Positions 24,733 to 33,536 of a DNA stretch of 64,000 nt are shown piece after piece. Each line of letters starts with the position of its first letter. Positions within the stretch are counted from its first letter, which is position 1. The translations under genes and the position numbers were made by a program. The notes beneath the pieces were generated by a model. The model worked only from the letters and a program-made list of their open reading frames with translations, did not search any database and had not been told where the DNA came from. Source of the stretch: Rhodothermales bacterium (GTDB taxonomy: Bacteria > Bacteroidota > Rhodothermia > Rhodothermales > JABDKH01). The stretch lies in the NCBI GenBank assembly GCA_013002165.1, contig JABDKO010000227.1:5142-69141 (forward strand), given 5' to 3'.

Positions 24733-25970
24733 TCAAGACGCACGCTATTCACGAAAACGGGCACGACTCGACAGTGAAGACTGCACGGGAAGGTCCGATC
24801 GTCTCTGGCGCTTCGAGGGAGATGGAATTTATTCTTACCGTTCTTCACGCGAATTGGCCCGAAGCAGGACCCGCTCGTGCGGGCACGTTGATCGAGATAG
24901 GACTCGATTGGCGTTTAGTGCTGCGTCTGGCCATTCATCACGGAGTGATAGATCTCTTTTTTGATAACCTGCGTGGTACAATTGTCGATTTGCTGCCGCA
25001 GAGTCTCACCGATAGCCTTCAGGCCAACAGCCAACTGTCAGCGCACAAGAACCTCTACTTCTCATCAGAGCTGATTCACATTGTCAGCCTTCTGGAGCGC
25101 GGCGGCATTCCGGTAATCTCACTAAAGGGCCCCCTGCTGGGTTCTTACCTGTACGACAATATCTCGCTTCGTCCATTCGGTGACCTGGATCTCGTAGTGC
25201 GCAAAGAGGATATACTTCGAGCCAAAACGATTCTGGTGGAAGAGGGATTCCGGCCGATTTCGATGTTGAGTGCAGATGACGAGAAGGACTACATTGAAAG
25301 TCAATTCGCTCTGACGCTTACTCGCAAACGCGGAGATTTTCAAACTGTGGCTGAGCTTCACTGGGCACTGACTCACAGGTTTTTCTCTTTCAAGTTCGAT
25401 CCGGAAAATGTCTGGACCATGACCGAGCATTTGAAGTTGTCGGACACGACGATAACCACGCTGGCGCGACCTCTGCTGCTACTGTTCCTGTGCGTTCACG
25501 GCGCGAAGCATGACTGGAATCGTATCATATGGCTTTGCGACGTCGTGCGCCTTGCTCAGCGTATGACCGATGAAGACTGGAAAACATTCGAGCACCTCGC
25601 AAACCAAACCCGGTCGGTCAGGATGGCGACAGTCGGATTGGGTCTGGGGCAGCAACTGATGGGTTACACATATCCAGAAGGGATCCTGACACTCATCAAT
25701 TCGGATGCCAGAGGCCAGAAATGGACGACGCGTCTTGCACAGCATTTCAAGAGTGGCGAGACAAACAAGCTGCCAAAGCTGGTGTCGATGCGATTCCAGA
25801 CAGGCGTGCGCGAAAGCGTCCGGGACCGTTGGGGATCTTACTGGCAGCAGTTCAAGCTGCTAATTAGTCCTACTGAGTCGGACAGGAGTTTTATCAAGCT
25901 GCCGAGACTTCTATATCCTCTGTACTATGTCGTACGACCGTTACGTGTAATTCTACAACGTACGCGGTAA
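24729..25970 (+). CDS. Nucleotidyltransferase-fold protein (NTP_transf_5-like), putative lasso tailoring enzyme
   Basis: It has an ATGA overlap with the exporter gene and the Pol-beta-type NTase motif LRPFGDLDLVVRKED. Confidence 0.75.
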   Translation: MIKTHAIHENGHDSTVKTAREGPIVSGASREMEFILTVLHANWPEAGPARAGTLIEIGLDWRLVLRLAIHHGVIDLFFDNLRGTIVDLLPQSLTDSLQANSQLSAHKNLYFSSELIHIVSLLERGGIPVISLKGPLLGSYLYDNISLRPFGDLDLVVRKEDILRAKTILVEEGFRPISMLSADDEKDYIESQFALTLTRKRGDFQTVAELHWALTHRFFSFKFDPENVWTMTEHLKLSDTTITTLARPLLLLFLCVHGAKHDWNRIIWLCDVVRLAQRMTDEDWKTFEHLANQTRSVRMATVGLGLGQQLMGYTYPEGILTLINSDARGQKWTTRLAQHFKSGETNKLPKLVSMRFQTGVRESVRDRWGSYWQQFKLLISPTESDRSFIKLPRLLYPLYYVVRPLRVILQRTR

Positions 25971-25999
25971 GCTTGATAGGGTTGGTGCCGGAGAATAGA

Positions 26000-26434
26000 T
26001 CAGGCGGCCGGCTTTTCTGACTGGACAACCGTTGGTTGAAAACCAGTTGGAACCGAAATTGGACTCTCTTTCGCCGACGAATCTTCCACGAGCAGTGTAG
26101 GGTAGGCGCCGAGGTCAAAGTCGCGTACAAATCGACGAAGTACCTCGGGCAATGAAACGACTATGTTGTCATTTACCTCGCGTATCTCGGATTGCCAGGC
26201 GCGGGCAACAGATGCCGCTTTCGACGGGTCTTTGAAGCAAACACCATCCACGCCCACCATTCGCGAAAGACTACGCGAAACAGGGCACGAATATAGCTTA
26301 CCTCTGATGCCGGAAGGAATAGAGTCGAGGCTATTCATATCCAACGCTGAGCGCGCATCATTCAGGGCGCAGAGTACCTTTCTACGGCTGGGCCGAAAGG
26401 GGAATACCATCATAGCAGTAAGTATCCTATGCAT
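26000..26434 (-). CDS. Hypothetical protein (weak call)
   Basis: It is the only long ORF in the 0.9-kb gap after the lasso cluster. I recognised no motif, and it may be non-coding. Confidence 0.3.
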   Translation of the reverse strand: MHRILTAMMVFPFRPSRRKVLCALNDARSALDMNSLDSIPSGIRGKLYSCPVSRSLSRMVGVDGVCFKDPSKAASVARAWQSEIREVNDNIVVSLPEVLRRFVRDFDLGAYPTLLVEDSSAKESPISVPTGFQPTVVQSEKPAA

Positions 26435-26849
26435 TACGATAAGCAGTTCAGAAACACTCCTTTGAAGCCCGGTCTAGGCACCTTATTAGAGTATTCTATC
26501 GTCCAAAAAGCTTAAAATGTTAAACAACAAGTCAATTGGTTCACATCCACGCGACGGATGGAAGCGCACTGATTCATCGTTAGTCGTAACGATCGTTCCT
26601 TTTATATTGCCTGTACTAACCACGGACAGCGGCGAAACTGACACGGGGCGGGGGAAACTGGAGCCGAAATCCTCATTTATGGTGGACTACAGGAAACCGG
26701 CACATACCAATAAAAAGAATTTCGGATGACTTTGTTTCATGGAGATTGATTATTTCTTGCCAAATAATCGGAATTAGCTATGTAAACCCACTATAAACAC
26801 AAAATTATCAACACATTAGCATTTACGATATAACCAACCACTTTCACAG

Positions 26850-27410
26850 ATGGCCTGGATACGAACCATACCACATGAAGAAGCCACAGATGACCTTCTG
26901 GAAATCTATGATGAGATCATTCGCAAGAGGGGCAAGCTGTCGAACATTATGCGCATTCAGAGCCTGAACCCGAAGGTCATGCGTTCACATATGGCGTTGT
27001 ACCTCGACATATTGTTCGGGAAATCTGACATTCGACGCGCTGATCGCGAATTGATCGCCACGGTTGTCTCCATGCAAAATGACTGCTCGTATTGCACGCG
27101 ACACCACGCTGAAGCATTACAACACTACTGGAAGGATGAATGGCGGATAGAGAAATTGCTTGCACGAGATTTTGATGGTGCTGATCTGACGGATGTACAG
27201 AGGTCAATGGTGACGTATGCCGAGAGCCTGACTATACGTCCAACGAATGTTGATGCGGGTGCTATTGATGAGCTTCGGGACGCGGGACTGAATGACAAGG
27301 CCATACTGGATCTGAATCTTATCGTAGCTTATTTCAACTTTGTCAATCGTATCGCTGAAGGATTAGGCGTCACCTTCGATGAGAACGAGGTCGGAGGTTA
27401 CAACTACTAA
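26850..27410 (+). CDS. Carboxymuconolactone decarboxylase/AhpD-like peroxidase-related protein
   Basis: It has the CxxC motif context MQNDCSYCTRHHAEAL and a C-terminal LIVAYFNFVNRIAEGLGV. Confidence 0.8.
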   Translation: MAWIRTIPHEEATDDLLEIYDEIIRKRGKLSNIMRIQSLNPKVMRSHMALYLDILFGKSDIRRADRELIATVVSMQNDCSYCTRHHAEALQHYWKDEWRIEKLLARDFDGADLTDVQRSMVTYAESLTIRPTNVDAGAIDELRDAGLNDKAILDLNLIVAYFNFVNRIAEGLGVTFDENEVGGYNY

Positions 27411-27499
27411 GACCCGGTGCGGTAACACATCTGAAGGCATACATACTAATCCAATAAGTACAATTCTCTTACAACAACAGAACTTGCCAGTCCCCGAAG

Positions 27500-28591
27500 A
27501 TGAGGTTTTTATCATTAGTAGTAGCCATAACTTTCGTCCCGATTCTGGTGTCCGCGCAACCAGTCCAGGGATGGAAGACAGATTGGAATAATCGATCTAT
27601 CGACTTATCTGAGATTATTTCGGGGGGAGTGCCCAAAGACGGTATTCCACCTGTCGATTCGCCTGAATATGTCCCGGTTGAGGATGCACGCAATTGGATT
27701 GACGATCGTGAGCCGGTAGTTCTTGTTACGGTTGGCGGGGAATCGCGTGCTTATCCACTTCAGATTCTCACATTCCACGAGATAGTCAACACCGAAGTTG
27801 GCGGCAAGCCTGTCGCGGTTACTTTTTGTCCTCTCTGTTACAGCACGCTTGTATTTGACAGAGAGCTGGAGGGTGTCATATATGATTTTGGCGTTTCGGG
27901 TATGCTTCGGTTCTCAGATCTTCTCATGTACGACAGGCAGACTGAATCATTGTGGCAGCAAATTCTGGGGACGGCTGTCGTCGGAGAGTTGAACGGCAAA
28001 CAGCTGCACACTTTTCCATCTCAAATCATCTCGTTCAAGCAATTCTACGAAAGACATCCGGATGCCCTCGTGTTGTCGCGCAACACCGGTCACACGAGAG
28101 ACTACGGTACGAATCCGTATCCCGGATACGATGATATTGATGATCGTCCATTCCTCTTCCGTGGCGAAATCGATGATCGCCTCCCGCCGATGGAGCGTGT
28201 AGTCACGGTTAGCATTGCGGATGCAGCGAAAGCATATCCGTATCGTGTTACCCGAAAAAGGAACGTTATCAATGACGAAGTCGGGACAATCAAGCTTGTC
28301 GTATTTCATACCAAAGGCGCGACGTCTGCGCTGGATAAGAGCAACATCAAAAAATCCGAAGAAATCGGCTCGACGGGTGTCTTTGAACGAATGCTGGATG
28401 GACAATTGTTGACTTTCTCATATCAAAAGAAGCGCATCGTCGATACTGAGACGAACAGTGTATGGGATATCACGGGCCGTTCGGTTGAGGGACCTCTTGC
28501 CGGGCGCCAACTAACCCCGGTCACTCACGGCAACTACTTCTCGTTTGCGTGGTTCGCTTTCAAGCCGGGTACCGGGGTATATCGCGAATAG
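27500..28591 (+). CDS. DUF3179 family secreted protein
   Basis: It has the signal peptide MRFLSLVVAITFVPILVSAQ and the conserved VTFCPLCYS motif context. Confidence 0.7.
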   Translation: MRFLSLVVAITFVPILVSAQPVQGWKTDWNNRSIDLSEIISGGVPKDGIPPVDSPEYVPVEDARNWIDDREPVVLVTVGGESRAYPLQILTFHEIVNTEVGGKPVAVTFCPLCYSTLVFDRELEGVIYDFGVSGMLRFSDLLMYDRQTESLWQQILGTAVVGELNGKQLHTFPSQIISFKQFYERHPDALVLSRNTGHTRDYGTNPYPGYDDIDDRPFLFRGEIDDRLPPMERVVTVSIADAAKAYPYRVTRKRNVINDEVGTIKLVVFHTKGATSALDKSNIKKSEEIGSTGVFERMLDGQLLTFSYQKKRIVDTETNSVWDITGRSVEGPLAGRQLTPVTHGNYFSFAWFAFKPGTGVYRE

Positions 28592-28603
28592 TAGCTGGTA
28601 TTT

Positions 28604-28619
28604 TGTAATATTGGACCGA
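28604..28619 (+). repeat. Intergenic 16-mer TGTAATATTGGACCGA (copy 1)
   Basis: It is identical to 38423..38438. It lies 58 nt upstream of the SCP2 gene start. Confidence 0.5.
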
Positions 28620-28677
28620 ACGGTGAAATTCAGCGTTCAGAGTTCCGGAGCTATCAGTTACTACGGTTTATTTGCCA

Positions 28678-29004
28678 ATGGCGCGTGTTAATAACATCAG
28701 TGATCTCCTCGAAGTGTACGAGGAGCGATTCAAACCTGAGAAGACAAAAGGGCTGGACGCTATTATTCAGCTGCTGATTTCTGGTGAGGCGGGCGGAAAC
28801 TATATTCTCAAGATTGTCGACGGTACGTTTGCGTACGAACCCGGAATCGCGGAAGAACCCGACATTACGGTCGAGAGTTCTTTCGATGACTGGCTGAAAG
28901 TCAATAAGGGCGAAGCCAACGCCTTGACAATGATGATGAAGGGGAAGGTGAAGATAAAGGGGTCAGTGCCGCTTGCGATGAAATTCCAATCGATCTTTTT
29001 CTAG
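28678..29004 (+). CDS. SCP2 sterol/lipid-binding domain protein
   Basis: Supporting sequence is DWLKVNKGEANALTMMMKGKVKIKGSVPLAMKFQSIF. ATG 28678 is preferred over TTG 28672. Confidence 0.8.
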   Translation: MARVNNISDLLEVYEERFKPEKTKGLDAIIQLLISGEAGGNYILKIVDGTFAYEPGIAEEPDITVESSFDDWLKVNKGEANALTMMMKGKVKIKGSVPLAMKFQSIFF

Positions 29005-29005
29005 C

Positions 29006-29833
29006 ATGATTACAAATTGGTTACCACCAGACCTTCTCGCGGAAAAGGTTGTATTCGTAACCGGCGGCGGTAGCGGAATCAATCTGGGTATCGCAAAATC
29101 GTTTGCTCGAGTGGGTGCAAACGTTGCAATCTGTGGTCGAACACCCGAACGTCTTGAAAGCGCAAAGCTCGAGATCGAAGAAAACGGCGCGCAGGTCGTG
29201 ACTGCTGTTGCAGATGTACGCGACTTCGACGCGTTGTCGGTCGCTTTCGAAAAGACACGCAAGGAACTCGGCGACATTGACTGTCTCGTGTGTGGTGCCG
29301 CCGGCAACTTCCTATCACCGGCAGAGGCGCTGAGTCCAAATGGCTTCAAGTCTGTAGTAGACATCGACCTCGTTGGCTCCTTCAATGCTTGCCGTGGCTC
29401 GTTCGAACAGCTGAAGAAGCAAGCGGGCAACATCATCTTTATTTCAGCCGGACAATCATTTACCCCTTACATCGGACAGGCGCATGCCGGAGCGGCGAAA
29501 GCAGGTGTCGACAATCTTATGAAGAACCTGGCACTGGAGTGGGGCCACTACGGTATTCGCTCCAACAGTATTGCACCCGGACCCATAGAAGGTACGGAAG
29601 GCATGAAGCGCCTTGCACCCGGTGCTGTTGGCGAACGACTTAAGGCTACGATTCCCCTCGGTCGATTCGGTCAGCCCGAAGAAATCGGATATGCAGCGGT
29701 ATTTCTTGCGTCTCCACTGGCAGCGTACATTACAGGTACACGTCTCGTCGTGGATGGAGGGCAGAACCTCGGTGGTTCAGCCATTTTCAGTCAGGCGATC
29801 CTGCGAAGCAGCAGTGGTAGCGACAGCCGATAG
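29006..29833 (+). CDS. SDR oxidoreductase, 2,4-dienoyl-CoA reductase-like
   Basis: It has the Rossmann motif VFVTGGGSGINLGIAKSFARVGANVAICGR and an HAGAAKAG active-site region. The start is 1 nt after the SCP2 stop. Confidence 0.8.
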   Translation: MITNWLPPDLLAEKVVFVTGGGSGINLGIAKSFARVGANVAICGRTPERLESAKLEIEENGAQVVTAVADVRDFDALSVAFEKTRKELGDIDCLVCGAAGNFLSPAEALSPNGFKSVVDIDLVGSFNACRGSFEQLKKQAGNIIFISAGQSFTPYIGQAHAGAAKAGVDNLMKNLALEWGHYGIRSNSIAPGPIEGTEGMKRLAPGAVGERLKATIPLGRFGQPEEIGYAAVFLASPLAAYITGTRLVVDGGQNLGGSAIFSQAILRSSSGSDSR

Positions 29834-29864
29834 TTCCCCACACTTACCAAAAACCCGGCGAGTT

Positions 29865-30287
29865 ATGTCAATCTGGTTTCAGCGCCCGCCTGTCGAACAA
29901 CTAAATACGATGTGTCAGGGCAACATGCTGGGACATGTAGGCATAGCTATCGTTTCGATCGATGACTCCGGATTGACGGGAACCATGCCTGTGGACGAAC
30001 GAACAAGACAGCCCTTCGGCATTCTGCATGGAGGGGCATCGGTTGTGTTGGCAGAAACTCTCGCAAGCATGGCGGCCACATTTACGATTGATATTGCGAA
30101 ATACTCGGCGGTAGGACTCGAAGTGAATGCCAACCATATTCGGGCGATCAAGTCCGGGTTTGTCACCGGCCGCGCTGAGCCGATTCATATTGGCAAATCT
30201 ACGCAGGTATGGGAGGTTAGAGTAACGGCAGAAGAGAAACTGGCGTCAATACATCGAATCACAATGGCAGTGCTGGAACGGAACTAG
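29865..30287 (+). CDS. Hotdog-fold thioesterase (PaaI/YbdB family)
   Basis: MSIWFQRPP...PFGILHGGASVVLAETLAS...STQVWEVRV. The track ORF start at 29613 overlaps the SDR gene and is rejected. Confidence 0.8.
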   Translation: MSIWFQRPPVEQLNTMCQGNMLGHVGIAIVSIDDSGLTGTMPVDERTRQPFGILHGGASVVLAETLASMAATFTIDIAKYSAVGLEVNANHIRAIKSGFVTGRAEPIHIGKSTQVWEVRVTAEEKLASIHRITMAVLERN

Positions 30288-31705
30288 AATCTCCTCAGCA
30301 GGCGCTCCAGAAGTGTGCCCACTTTGTCAGAGTATGGAGCGTACACCGATTCCAGCGGGCTCCGGAACAGTTTCCGGTTTTTCAGAATCGTTCGCTCATT
30401 GGAGAAGGTCTGAAAACCTGCGTAGCCATGTGCACGACCAAATCCACTGGCACCGCATCCTCCAAACGGCAACTCTGGATGCACGAAGTGGGATAGTACA
30501 TCATTCGTGACGATCGCCCCTGAACGAACAGCAGCGCGAATCCGGCGATCGTCATCCTTCGCATCCGAAAAAACATAGACCGCTAACGGTGTCGGAATAT
30601 CACGAGCAATTTTAATCGAACCCTCAATTGATTTTGTTCGGATGACCGGTAGTATCGGGCCAAATATTTCATCCGACATCAGTGCGCTGTCAGATTTAAC
30701 ATTGGTGACAACAGTGGGTGCAACGAATCTGAGCGCAACGTCTGAATGTCCTCCGAAGACCACTGTACCTCCTTCCGAAATTGAGTCTTCAATCAGATTA
30801 CGCAATCGGGAAACATGGTCCCCGGAGACTATTCTACTTAGCGATGGGCTTGACAGCCACTCATCTTTAGAGGAACCGTATATCATCTTCAGGCGGTCCT
30901 GAAGTTTTTCTATAAAGTGATCAAAAACGGAGTCGTCTACCAGGGCATAGTCAACTCCTATGCACGTTTGTCCGGCATTCAGAAATTTGCCGGCAGCAAT
31001 TTTGCGAACGGCAAGGTCAATGTCAGCTTTTGCACAAACCACAGCTGGAGATTTTCCTCCGAGTTCGAGTGTGACTGGTGTTGCAAATTTCGCCGCGTCA
31101 GACATCACGATTCTGCCGACCCGATTACTTCCTGAAAAGAAGATGTGATCAAATGGAAGCTCCAACAGGCTACGGGCCGTCTCTTTGTCTCCAAGAGCTA
31201 CAGCAGCAACAGAATCCGGAAGCGCGCGACTAACGATGTCAGAGACCACCTGAGATGTAGCCGGAGTCAACTCGGAAGGTTTTATTACCGCGCGATTGCC
31301 GGCAGCCAGCGCTGACACTAGAGGTCCCACTGACAAATTGAATGGATAATTAAAGGGGGACAGGATCAGCGCCAGGCCTTTAGGCTCAAACGCCACAGCT
31401 GCAGATGATCCGGGCATAAAGAACGGGTTCTTACGACGTTGAACGCGTGACCATCGGGCGACGTGTTTCAGTGCATGCCGAATCTCAAGGATGATCGGAG
31501 CAACTTCAGACGAGTCTGTCTCAAGGCTATGCTTGCCAAGATCCTCGCGCAGAGCTGTTCGCAGGGCAGGTAATGATTCAGAAATTCCGGACTTGAGCGA
31601 CCTCAGATGCGCAATACGCTCCGGGATCTCGATCAGCGGTTCATTCGAGACTGCGGCCCGAAGTCTTTCGTAGTCTGCGATGTGCCCGTCACGCCTCTGG
31701 ACCAT
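30284..31705 (-). CDS. Aldehyde dehydrogenase (class 3 / fatty aldehyde type)
   Basis: It has ELGGKSP and a catalytic Cys context NAGQTCIGVDY. It is 473 aa. Confidence 0.9.
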   Translation of the reverse strand: MVQRRDGHIADYERLRAAVSNEPLIEIPERIAHLRSLKSGISESLPALRTALREDLGKHSLETDSSEVAPIILEIRHALKHVARWSRVQRRKNPFFMPGSSAAVAFEPKGLALILSPFNYPFNLSVGPLVSALAAGNRAVIKPSELTPATSQVVSDIVSRALPDSVAAVALGDKETARSLLELPFDHIFFSGSNRVGRIVMSDAAKFATPVTLELGGKSPAVVCAKADIDLAVRKIAAGKFLNAGQTCIGVDYALVDDSVFDHFIEKLQDRLKMIYGSSKDEWLSSPSLSRIVSGDHVSRLRNLIEDSISEGGTVVFGGHSDVALRFVAPTVVTNVKSDSALMSDEIFGPILPVIRTKSIEGSIKIARDIPTPLAVYVFSDAKDDDRRIRAAVRSGAIVTNDVLSHFVHPELPFGGCGASGFGRAHGYAGFQTFSNERTILKNRKLFRSPLESVYAPYSDKVGTLLERLLRRF

Positions 31706-31720
31706 GTGTCTTTTCTCGAA

Positions 31721-32494
31721 TTATTTCGGACCCATCCTGATGGCTCCGTCCAGCCGGATGACCTCCGCGTTGATGTACTGGTTTTCGACAATGTGAGCTG
31801 CCAGGCTGCCGTACTCTTCAGGTCGGCCGAGTCGAGACGGAAATGGGACCTGGGATTCCAGAGATGACCGAACCTCGTCTGTCATTCCAGCCATCATGGG
31901 CGTCTCCATAATACCCGGAGCGATCGTGACGACGCGAATTCCGGTGCGAGAAAGATCTCGCGCAATTGGAAGCGTCATTCCGACAACTCCGCCTTTGGAG
32001 GCAGAGTATGCCGCCTGCCCGATCTGGCCATCGTATGCTGCGATGGAGGCAGTACTGATAATTACTCCCCGTTCTCCTGAGGTGCCGGGCTCGTTCTCTG
32101 CGATTGCAGCGGCCGCCAGTCTCGTTACGTTAAACGTTCCGACTAAATTGATATTGATAACCTTCTTGAAGCTTTCGAGGTCATGCGTACCACGACTTCC
32201 AAATGTTTTCCGTCCCAGTACGATTCCTGCACAGTTTACTGCACCGTTAATCGTTCCAAACCTGTCCATCCCTTTATTTATTGCAGCCTGAACATCCTCC
32301 TCACTTGTGACATCCGTCTTTGCGAACACGGCCTGATCGCCGAGTTCGTCCGATCGGGCCTGCCCGTCAACTTCATTGATATCTGCGAGTATCACATTAG
32401 CGCCCAGTTCGACGAAAACACGAGCTGTGCCAAGCCCAAGTCCCGAACTACCGCCGGTAATAAAGAAAGTCGATGAAGATAGCTTCATAGTCAC
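31721..32494 (-). CDS. SDR, 3-hydroxyacyl-CoA dehydrogenase type II-like
   Basis: Motifs are [34 protein letters not shown] and a C-terminal [13 protein letters not shown]-like tail. Confidence 0.85.
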   Translation of the reverse strand: MTMKLSSSTFFITGGSSGLGLGTARVFVELGANVILADINEVDGQARSDELGDQAVFAKTDVTSEEDVQAAINKGMDRFGTINGAVNCAGIVLGRKTFGSRGTHDLESFKKVININLVGTFNVTRLAAAAIAENEPGTSGERGVIISTASIAAYDGQIGQAAYSASKGGVVGMTLPIARDLSRTGIRVVTIAPGIMETPMMAGMTDEVRSSLESQVPFPSRLGRPEEYGSLAAHIVENQYINAEVIRLDGAIRMGPK

Positions 32495-32568
32495 TCGAAG
32501 TTTTTATTCTACGTGCCTCGAAGATAGCACAACGCGGCTATGTCCTTCGTTAGTTTTACGCAAACCTG

Positions 32569-33198
32569 ATGTACTCGATCAAGGAAACATATTACACAAT
32601 TCAAGGCGAAGGTCACCACACCGGTCGGCCTGCTGTCTTTCTTAGGTTTGCCGGTTGCAATCTGTGGACGGGGAGAGAGGAGGATCGGGCAAACGCAACC
32701 TGCCGATTCTGTGACACAGAGTTCTTCGGAGTAGATGGGCCGGGCGGAGGGAAGTTCACGTCAGCCTCGGATCTGGCATCTCACGTATCTACATACTGGC
32801 CTGATTCCGAAGATGACAAATTTGTCGTCTGTACAGGGGGTGAACCTGCTCTTCAGATGGATACCGAACTTGTCCGATGTCTTCAAGGTTCAGGTTTTAC
32901 CGTCGCCATTGAAACGAACGGGACACTCCAGATACCTGGCTCAATCGACTGGGTCTGCGTCAGTCCGAAAGCAAATACGGATGTTGTACTCCGGAGCGGG
33001 AACGAGCTGAAGGTTGTCGTACCACAGGATGGAATTGTCCCGGACATGTTCGCGGACTGGGATTTCGATCACTTCTATATCCAGCCGATGGACAGTCCCG
33101 AGCGGGATCAGAATACAGCCTCAGCGCTTGAGTACTGCATGACGCATCCGAAATGGAAGCTCAGTCTTCAGATGCACAAATTTCTTGGAATACCGTAG
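32569..33198 (+). CDS. queE: 7-carboxy-7-deazaguanine synthase (radical SAM)
   Basis: It starts MYSIKETYYTIQGEGHHTGRPAVFLRFAGCNLW and has a Cx14Cx2C cluster motif (C-NLWTGREEDRANAT-C-RF-C). Confidence 0.85.
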   Translation: MYSIKETYYTIQGEGHHTGRPAVFLRFAGCNLWTGREEDRANATCRFCDTEFFGVDGPGGGKFTSASDLASHVSTYWPDSEDDKFVVCTGGEPALQMDTELVRCLQGSGFTVAIETNGTLQIPGSIDWVCVSPKANTDVVLRSGNELKVVVPQDGIVPDMFADWDFDHFYIQPMDSPERDQNTASALEYCMTHPKWKLSLQMHKFLGIP

Positions 33199-33200
33199 GT

Positions 33201-33244
33201 GTTGATAAGGCGTGCCCCAGACGAGGCACGCCCGATTTATCAAC
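33201..33244 (+). other. Long imperfect hairpin directly after the queE stop (possible terminator or structured RNA)
   Basis: GTTGATAA+GGCGTGCC pairs with GGCACGCC+(bulge)+TTATCAAC. No T tract follows. Two further short hairpins follow up to about 33305. Confidence 0.4.
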
Positions 33245-33536
33245 CCCGTACCGGTACCGGCTAATACCGGTTCGGGAAAATGCACGGCCCGGAGGCCGTG
33301 GCACGTATGGCTCGCATCACAACTAAGGCGGTGCGGCGCTGCCTGTGATGCAATGATGAGCCACACAATTGGACAGTGGAACTCCTTACACCGTCCGATA
33401 CTTCTAAGCTCTATATTCTCTTCTTCCAAACCTTGTGCCAAACCTGTAAACAGGTCCAAAAACGTTCACCAGACATGGTTGCTGTTGCAAAACGAATCAG
33501 CCTGTTTCATTATCAATCAGCCACCTCGCTGCGCAT

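Noticed and set aside
26517-26729. A 70-aa ORF lies in the spacer downstream of the lasso cluster.
   Set aside because: It has no start context and no motif, and it lies in an AT-rich, stop-poor stretch. It is treated as non-coding.
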